Assembly: GCA_964057225.1 (NCBI GenBank) | Contig: OZ059899.1 | Coordinates: 21,080,001 to 21,144,000 of the forward strand | Direction of reading: 5' to 3' | DNA length: 64,000 bases | Source of the DNA: Auanema rhodensis | Taxonomy: Eukaryota; Animalia; Nematoda | Part shown: one piece after another, positions 54,801-64,000 of the stretch | Numbering within the stretch: position 1 is the first letter of the stretch | How the letters are laid out: each line of letters opens with the position of its first letter | Notes under the pieces: model-generated | The model's input: only the letters and a program-made list of their open reading frames with translations | Told to the model about the DNA's origin: nothing | The model's database searches: none | Position numbers and translations under genes: made by a program

Positions 54801-57455
54801 TATAAGTTCACACTTATATCCTCGATTTTCACCCTGAAGAATTAATTTTTTCGTTGAATAACATTGTCCATCGTCTTTGCCTTGAAAAAAGGAATCTAAA
54901 AACATCTACTTTTTGCTAAATTATTTTGAAAATTTTTGAAAAAATTTTTGTCAAAATGTTTTTGGAAGCAATGTTGAGTGTACATGGAAACTCAACATAC
55001 ACTAATGCATCATTTTTCAAACGATCATAACTAATTTTTGTATTAAGCGTTTCTCAATGTAGTATAGTGCATTCGATGCGGATTTTTAAGCTGCGTCGAT
55101 CTGTGTTATCAGATTTGCGCTAGCTTAAAAATGCACCGAGATATCAACTGATATAAGTTCACACTTATATCCTTGATTTTCACCCTGAAGAATTAATTTT
55201 TTCGTTGAATAACATTGTCCATCGTCTTTGCCTTGAAAAAAGGAATCTAAAAACATCTACTTTTTGCTAAATTATTTTGAAAATTTTTGAAAAAATTTTT
55301 GTCAAAATGTTTTTGGAAGCAATGTTGAGTGTACATGGAAACTCAACATACACTAATGCATCATTTTTCAAACGATCATAACTAATTTTTGTATTAAGCG
55401 TTTCTCAATGTAGTATAGTGCATTCGATGCGGATTTTTAAGCTGCGTCGATCTGTGTTATCAGATTTGCGCTAGCTTAAAAATGCACCGAGATATCAACT
55501 GATATAAGTTCACACTTATATCCTCGATTTTCACCCTGAAGAATTAATTTTTTCGTTGAATAACATTGTCCATCGTCTTTGCCTTGAAAAAAGGAATCTA
55601 AAAACATCTACTTTTTGCTAAATTATTTTGAAAATTTTTGAAAAAATTTTTGTCAAAATGTTTTTGGAAGCAATGTTGAGTGTACATGGAAACTCAACAT
55701 ACACTAATGCATCATTTTTCAAACGATCATAACTAATTTTTGTATTAAGCGTTTCTCAATGTAGTATAGTGCATTCGATGCGGATTTTTAAGCTGCGTCG
55801 ATCTGTGTTATCAGATTTGCGCTAGCTTAAAAATGCACCGAGATATCAACTGATATAAGTTCACACTTATATCCTCGATTTTCACCCTGAAGAATTAATT
55901 TTTTCGTTGAATAACATTGTCCATCGTCTTTGCCTTGAAAAAAGGAATCTAAAAACATCTACTTTTTGCTAAATTATTTTGAAATTTTTTGAAAAAATTT
56001 TTGTCAAAATGTTTTTGGAAGCAATGTTGAGTGTACATGGAAACTCAACATACACTAATGCATCATTTTTCAAACGATCATAACTAATTTTTGTATTAAG
56101 CGTTTCTCAAAGTAGTATAGTGCATTCGATGCGGATTTTTAAGCTGCGTCGATCTGTGTTATCAGATTTGCGCTAGCTTAAAAATGCACCGAGATATCAA
56201 CTGATATAAGTTCACACTTATATCCTTGATTTTCACCCTGAAGAATTAATTTTTTCGTTGAATAACATTGTCCATCGTCTTTGCCTTGAAAAAAGGAATC
56301 TAAAAACATCTACTTTTTGCTAAATTATTTTGAAATTTTTTGAAAAAATTTTTGTCAAAATGTTTTTGGAAGCAATGTTGAGTGTACATGGAAACTCAAC
56401 ATACACTAATGCATCATTTTTCAAACGATCATAACTAATTTTTGTATTAAGCGTTTCTCAATGTAGTATAGTGCATTCGATGCGGATTTTTAAGCTGCGT
56501 CGATCTGTGTTATCAGATTTGCGCTAGCTTAAAAATGCACCGAGATATCAACTGATATAAGTTCACACTTATATCCTCGATTTTCACCCTGAAGAATTAA
56601 TTTTTTCGTTGAATAACATTGTCCATCGTCTTTGCCTTGAAAAAAGGAATCTAAAAACATCTACTTTTTGCTAAATTATTTTGAAATTTTTTGAAAAAAT
56701 TTTTGTCAAAATGTTTTTGGAAGCAATGTTGAGTGTACATGGAAACTCAACGTACACTAATGCATCATTTTTCAAACGATCATAACTAATTTTTGTATTA
56801 AGCGTTTCTCAATGTAGTATAGTGCATTCGATGCGGATTTTTAAGCTGCGTCGATCTGTGTTATCAGATTTGCGCTAGCTTAAAAATGCACCGAGATATC
56901 AACTGATATAAGTTCACACTTATATCCTTGATTTTCACCCTGAAGAATTAATTTTTTCGTTGAATAACATTGTCCATCGTCTTTGCCTTGAAAAAAGGAA
57001 TCTAAAAACATCTACTTTTTGCTAAATTATTTTGAAATTTTTTGAAAAAATTTTTGTCAAAATGTTTTTGGAAGCAATGTTGAGTGTACATGGAAACTCA
57101 ACATACACAAATGCATCATTTTTCAAACGATCATAACTAATTTTTGTATTAAGCGTTTCTCAATGTAGTATAGTGCATTCGATGCGGATTTTTAAGCTGC
57201 GTCGATCTGTGTTATCAGATTTGCGCTAGCTTAAAAATGCACCGAGATATCAACTGATATAAGTTCACACTTATATCCTCGATTTTCACCCTGAAGAATT
57301 AATTTTTTCGTTGAATAACATTGTCCATCGTCTTTGCCTTGAAAAAAGGAATCTAAAAACATCTACTTTTTGCTAAATTATTTTGAAATTTTTTGAAAAA
57401 ATTTTTGTCAAAATGTTTTTGGAAGCAATGTTGAGTGTACATGGAAACTCAACGT
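51840..57455. repeat. 5-monomer cassette duplicated at 11-monomer spacing (51840-53594 and 55701-57455)
   Basis: The order consensus - [caaAgt, cctTgat] - [caacGt] - [cctTgat] - [cacAaatg] repeats. cacAaatg monomers start at 53244 and 57105, and 3861 bp = 11 x 351. Confidence 0.75.
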
Positions 57456-60400
57456 ACACTAATGCATCATTTTTCAAACGATCATAACTTATTTTTGTAT
57501 CAAGCGTTTCTCAATAAGTATAGTGCATTCGATGCGGATTTTTAAGCTGCGTCGATCTGTGTTATCAGATTTGCGCTAGCTTAAAAATGCACCGAGATAT
57601 CAACTGATATAAGTTCACACTTATATCCTCGATTTTCACCCTGAAGAATTAATTTTTTCGTTGAATAACATTGTCCATCGTCTTTGCCTTGAAAAAAGGA
57701 ATCTAAAAACATCTACTTTTTGCTAAATTATTTTGAAATTTTTCGAAAAAATTTTTGTCAAAATGTTTTTGGAAGCAATGTTGAGTGTACATGGAAACTC
57801 AACGTACACTAATGCATCATTTTTCAAACGATCATAACTAATTTTTGTATTAAGCGTTTCTCAATGTAGTATAGTGCATTCGATGCGGATTTTTAAGCTG
57901 CGTCGATCTGTGTTATCAGATTTGCGCTAGCTTAAAAATGCACCGAGATATCAACTGATATAAGTTCACACTTATATCCTCGATTTTCACCCTGAAGAAT
58001 TAATTTTTTCGTTGAATAACATTGTCCATCGTCTTTGCCTTGAAAAAAGGAATCTAAAAACATCTACTTTTTGCTAAATTATTTTGAAATTTTTTGAAAA
58101 AATTTTTGTCAAAATGTTTTTGGAAGCAATGTTGAGTGTACATGGAAACTCAACATACACTAATGCATCATTTTTCAAACGATCATAACTAATTTTTGTA
58201 TTAAGCGTTTCTCAAAGTAGTATAGTGCATTCGATGCGGATTTTTAAGCTGCGTCGATCTGTGTTATCAGATTTGCGCTAGCTTAAAAATGCACCGAGAT
58301 ATCAACTGATATAAGTTCACACTTATATCCTCGATTTTCACCCTGAAGAATTGATTTTTTCGTTGAATAACATTGTCCATCGTCTTTGCCTTGAAAAAAG
58401 GAATCTAAAAACATCTACTTTTTGCTAAATTATTTTGAAATTTTTTGAAAAAATTTTTGTCAAAATGTTTTTGGAAGCAATGTTGAGTGTACATGGAAAC
58501 TCAACATACACTAATGCATCATTTTTCAAACGATCATAACTTATTTTTGTATCAAGCGTTTCTCAATAAGTATAGTGCATTCGATGCGGATTTTTAAGCT
58601 GCGTCGATCTGTGTTATCAGATTTGCGCTAGCTTAAAAATGCACCGAGATATCAACTGATATAAGTTCACACTTATATCCTCGATTTTCACCCTGAAGAA
58701 TTAATTTTTTCGTTGAATAACATTGTCCATCGTCTTTGCCTTGAAAAAAGGAATCTAAAAACATCTACTTTTTGCTAAATTATTTTGAAATTTTTCGAAA
58801 AAATTTTTGTCAAAATGTTTTTGGAAGCAATGTTGAGTGTACATGGAAACTCAACGTACACTAATGCATCATTTTTCAAACGATCATAACTAATTTTTGT
58901 ATCAAGCGTTTCTCAATGTAGTATAGTGCATTCGATGCGGATTTTTAAGCTGCGTCGATCTGTGTTATCAGATTTGCGCTAGCTTAAAAATGCACCGAGA
59001 TATCAACTGATATAAGTTCACACTTATATCCTCGATTTTCACCCTGAAGAATTAATTTTTTCGTTGAATAACATTGTCCATCGTCTTTGCCTTGAAAAAA
59101 GGAATCTAAAAACATCTACTTTTTGCTAAATTATTTTGAAATTTTTCGAAAAAATTTTTGTCAAAATGTTTTTGGAAGCAATGTTGAGTGTACATGGAAA
59201 CTCAACGTACACTAATGCATCATTTTTCAAACGATCATAACTAATTTTTGTATTAAGCGTTTCTCAATGTAGTATAGTGCATTCGATGCGGATTTTTAAG
59301 CTGCGTCGATCTGTGTTATCAGATTTGCGCTAGCTTAAAAATGCACCGAGATATCAACTGATATAAGTTCACACTTATATCCTCGATTTTCACCCTGAAG
59401 AATTAATTTTTTCGTTGAATAACATTGTCCATCGTCTTTGCCTTGAAAAAAGGAATCTAAAAACATCTACTTTTTGCTAAATTATTTTGAAATTTTTTGA
59501 AAAAATTTTTGTCAAAATGTTTTTGGAAGCAATGTTGAGTGTACATGGAAACTCAACATACACTAATGCATCATTTTTCAAACGATCATAACTAATTTTT
59601 GTATTACGCGTTTCTCAATGTAGTATAGTGCATTCGATGCGGATTTTTAAGCTGCGTCGATCTGTGTTATCAGATTTGCGCTAGCTTAAAAATGCACCGA
59701 GATATCAACTAATATATGTTCACACTTATATCCTCGATTTTCACCCTGAAGAATTAATTTTTTCATTGAATAACATTGTCCATCGTCTTTGCCTTGAAAA
59801 AAGGAATCTAAAAACATCTACTTTTTGCTAAATTATTTTGAAATTTTTCGAAAAAATTTTTGTCAAAATGTTTTTGGAAGCAATGTTGAGTGTACATGGA
59901 AACTCAACGTACACTAATGCATCATTTTTCAAACGATCATAACTAATTTTTGTATTAAGCGTTTCTCAAAGTAGTATAGTGCATTCGATGCGGATTTTTA
60001 AGCTGCGTCGATCTGTGTTATCAGATTTGTGCTAGCTTAAAAATGCACCGAGATATCAACTGATATAAGTTCACACTTATATCCTCGATTTTCACCCTGA
60101 AGAATTAATTTTTTCGTTGAATAACATTGTCCATCGTCTTTGCCTTGAAAAAAGGAATCTAAAAACATCTACTTTTTGCTAAATTATTTTGAAATTTTTT
60201 GAAAAAATTTTTGTCAAAATGTTTTTGGAAGCAATGTTGAGTGTACATGGAAACTCAACATACACTAATGCATCATTTTTCAAACGATCATAACTAATTT
60301 TTGTATTAAGCGTTTCTCAATGTAGTATAGTGCATTCGATGCGGATTTTTAAGCTGCGTCGATCTGTGTTATCAGATTTGCGCTAGCTTAAAAATGCACC

Positions 60401-63400
60401 GAGATATCAACTAATATAAGTTCACACTTATATCCTCGATTTTCACCCTGAAGAATTAATTTTTTCGTTGAATAACAAAGTCCATCGTCTTTGCCTTGAA
60501 AAAAGAAATCTAAAAACATCTACTTTTTGCTAAATTATTTTGAAATTTTTCGAAAAAATTTTTGTCAAAATGTTTTTGGAAGCAATGTTGAGTGTACATG
60601 GAAACTCAACGTACACTAATGCATCATTTTTCAAACGATCATAACTAATTTTTGTATTAAGCGTTTCTCAATGTAGTATAGTGCATTCGATGCGGATTTT
60701 TAAGCTGCGTCGATCTGTGTTATCAGATTTGCGCTAGCTTAAAAATGCACCGAGATATCAACTGATATAAGTTCACACTTATATCCTCGATTTTCACCCT
60801 GAAGAATTAATTTTTTCGTTGAATAACATTGTCCATCGTCTTTGCCTTGAAAAAAGGAATCTAAAAACATCTACTTTTTGCTAAATTATTTTGAATTTTT
60901 TCGAAAAAAATTTTTGTCAAAATGTTTTTGGAAGCAATGTTGAGTGTACATGGAAACTCAACATACACTAATGCATCATTTTTCAAACGATCATAACTAA
61001 TTTTTGTATTAAGCGTTTCTCAATGTAGTATAGTGCATTCGATGCGGATTTTTAAGCTGCGTCGATCTGTGTTATCAGATTTGCGCTAGCTTAAAAATGC
61101 ACCGAGATATCAACTAATATAAGTTCACACTTATATCCTCGATTTTCACGCTGAAGAATTAATTTTTTCGTTGAATAACAAAGTCCATCGTCTTTGCCTT
61201 GAAAAAAGAAATCTAAAAACATCTACTTTTCGCTAAATTATTTTGAAATTTTTCGAAAAAATTTTTGTCAAAATGTTTTTGGAAGCAATGTTGAGTGTAC
61301 ATGGAAACTCAACGTACACTAATGCATCATTTTTCAAACGATCATAACTAATTTTTGTATTAAGCGTTTCTCAATGTAGTATAGTGCATTCGATGCGGAT
61401 TTTTAAGCTGCGTCGATCTGTGTTATCAGATTTGCGCTAGCTTAAAAATGCACCGAGATATCAACTAATATAAGTTCACACTTATATCCTCGATTTTCAC
61501 CCTGAAGAATTAATTTTTTCGTTGAATAACATTGTCCATCGTCTTTGCCTTGAAAAAAGGAATCTAAAAACATCTACTTTTTGCTAAATTATTTTGAAAT
61601 TTTTTGAAAAAATTTTTGTCAAAATGTTTTTGGAAGCAATGTTGAGTGTACATGGAAACTCAACATACACTAATGCATCATTTTTCAAACGATCATAACT
61701 AATTTTTGTATCAAGCGTTTCTCAATGTAGTATAGTGCATTCGATGCGGATTTTTAAGCTGCGTCGATCTGTGTTATCAGATTTGCGCTAGCTTAAAAAT
61801 GCACCGAGATATCAACTAATATAAGTTCACACTTATATCCTCGATTTTCACCCTGAAGAATTAATTTTTTCGTTGAATAACAAAGTCCATCGTCTTTGCC
61901 TTGAAAAAAGGAATCTAAAAACATCTACTTTTTGCTAAATTATTTTGAAATTTTTCGAAAAAATTTTTGTCAAAATGTTTTTGGAAGCAATGTTGAGTGT
62001 ACATGGAAACTCAACGTACACTAATGCATCATTTTTCAAACGATCATAACTAATTTTTGTATCAAGCGTTTCTCAATAAGTATAGTGCATTCGATGCGGA
62101 TTTTTAAGCTGCGTCGATCTGTGTTATCAGATTTGCGCTAGCTTAAAAATGCACCGAGATATCAACTGATATAAGTTCACACTTATATCCTCGATTTTCA
62201 CCCTGAAGAATTAATTTTTTCGTTGAATAACATTGTCCATCGTCTTTGCCTTGAAAAAAGGAATCTTAAAACATCTACTTTTCGCTAAATTATTTTGAAA
62301 TTTTTCGAAAAAATTTTTGTCAAAATGTTTTTGGAAGCAATGTTGAGTGTACATGGAAACTCAACGTACACTAATGCATCATTTTTCAAACGATCATAAC
62401 TAATTTTTGTATTAAGCGTTTCTCAATGTAGTATAGTGCATTCGATGCGGATTTTTAAGCTGCGTCGATCTGTGTTATCAGATTTGCGCTAGCTTAAAAA
62501 TGCACCGAGATATCAACTGATATAAGTTCACACTTATATCCTCGATTTTCACCCTGAAGAATTAATTTTTTCGTTGAATAACATTGTCCATCGTCTTTGC
62601 CTTGAAAAAAGGAATCTAAAAACATCTACTTTTTGCTAAATTATTTTGAAATTTTTTGAAAAAATTTTTGTCAAAATGTTTTTGGAAGCAATGTTGAGTG
62701 TACATGGAAACTCAACATACACTAATGCATCATTTTTCAAACGATCATAACTAATTTTTGTATTACGCGTTTCTCAATGTAGTATAGTGCATTCGATGCG
62801 GATTTTTAAGCTGCGTCGATCTGTGTTATCAGATTTGCGCTAGCTTAAAAATGCACCGAGATATCAACTAATATATGTTCACACTTATATCCTCGATTTT
62901 CACCCTGAAGAATTAATTTTTTCATTGAATAACATTGTCCATCGTCTTTGCCTTGAAAAAAGGAATCTAAAAACATCTACTTTTTGCTAAATTATTTTGA
63001 AATTTTTCGAAAAAATTTTTGTCAAAATGTTTTTGGAAGCAATGTTGAGTGTACATGGAAACTCAACGTACACTAATGCATCATTTTTCAAACGATCATA
63101 ACTAATTTTTGTATTAAGCGTTTCTCAATGTAGTATAGTGCATTCGATGCGGATTTTTAAGCTGCGTCGATCTGTGTTATCAGATTCGTGCTAGCTTAAA
63201 AATGCACCGAGATATCAACTGATATAAGTTCACACTTATATCCTCGATTTTCACCCTGAAGAATTAATTTTTTCGTTGAATAACATTGTCCATCGTCTTT
63301 GCCTTGAAAAAAAGAATCTAAAAACATCTACTTTTTGCTAAATTATTCTGAAATTTTTTGAAAATTTTTTGTCAAAATGTTTTTGGAAGCAATGTTGAGT

Positions 63401-64000
63401 GTACATGGAAACTCAACGTACACTAATGCATCATTTTTCAAACGATCATAACTAATTTTTGTATTAAGCGTTTCTCAATGTAGTATAGTGCATTCGATGC
63501 GGATTTTTAAGCTGCGTCGATCTGTGTTATCAGATTTGCGCTAGCTTAAAAATGCACCGAGATATCAACTGATATAAGTTCACACTTATATCCTTGATTT
63601 TCACCCTGAAGAATTAATTTTTTCGTTGAATAACATTGTCCATCGTCTTTGCCTTGAAAAAAGGAATCTAAAAACATCTACTTTTTGCTAAATTATTTTG
63701 AAATTTTTTGAAAAAATTTTTGTCAAAATGTTTTTGGAAGCAATGTTGAGTGTACATGGAAACTCAACATACACTAATGCATCATTTTTCAAACGATCAT
63801 AACTAATTTTTGTATTAAGCGTTTCTCAATGTAGTATAGTGCATTCGATGCGGATTTTTAAGCTGCGTCGATCTGTGTTATCAGATTTGCGCTAGCTTCA
63901 AAATGCACCGAGATATCAACTGATATAAGTTCACACTTATATCCTCGATTTTCACCCTGAAGAATTAATTTTTTCGTTGAATAACATTGTCCATCGTCTT

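Larger units (their letters stand above)
1..64000. repeat. Satellite DNA tandem array, ~351-bp AT-rich monomer, ~182 full copies plus a partial copy, single orientation, running off both window edges
   Basis: The motif acactaa(t/g)gcatcatttttcaaacgatcataact recurs at 1, 352, 703, 1053, 1405, 1756 ... 63420, 63771. The period is 351 bp, or 350-353 with 1-2 bp indels. Copies differ by only a few substitutions and no non-repeat sequence interrupts the array. Confidence 0.99.

Noticed and set aside
1-64000. CRISPR-like or integron-cassette-like array suggested by periodic palindromes
   Set aside because: There are no unique spacers or cassettes: the entire 351-bp unit is repeated. No cas or integrase genes are present.

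Overview
The whole 64-kb window is one uninterrupted head-to-tail tandem array of an AT-rich ~351-bp satellite monomer (about 31% GC by hand count). It holds roughly 182 complete units plus a 230-bp partial unit at the end, all in the same orientation. I see no genes, RNA genes, transposon insertions or unique sequence. It looks like the interior of a young, highly homogenised eukaryotic (peri)centromeric or heterochromatic satellite array; I cannot name the family or species. The structure lies in the variants. (i) Local higher-order duplications of 3, 4, 5, 6, 9 and 12 monomers can be read from diagnostic SNPs. (ii) A left and a right variant domain are separated by a more diverged zone at about 28.4-33.6 kb. 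(iii) A single 259-bp monomer carries a 92-bp deletion. (iv) The monomer is built largely from inverted repeats, giving at least four potential hairpins or cruciforms. The three ORFs in the track arise from one stop-removing SNP copied by higher-order duplication and are not credible genes. I found no evidence of a novel protein-coding system. All analysis was by eye, so some SNPs may have been missed.
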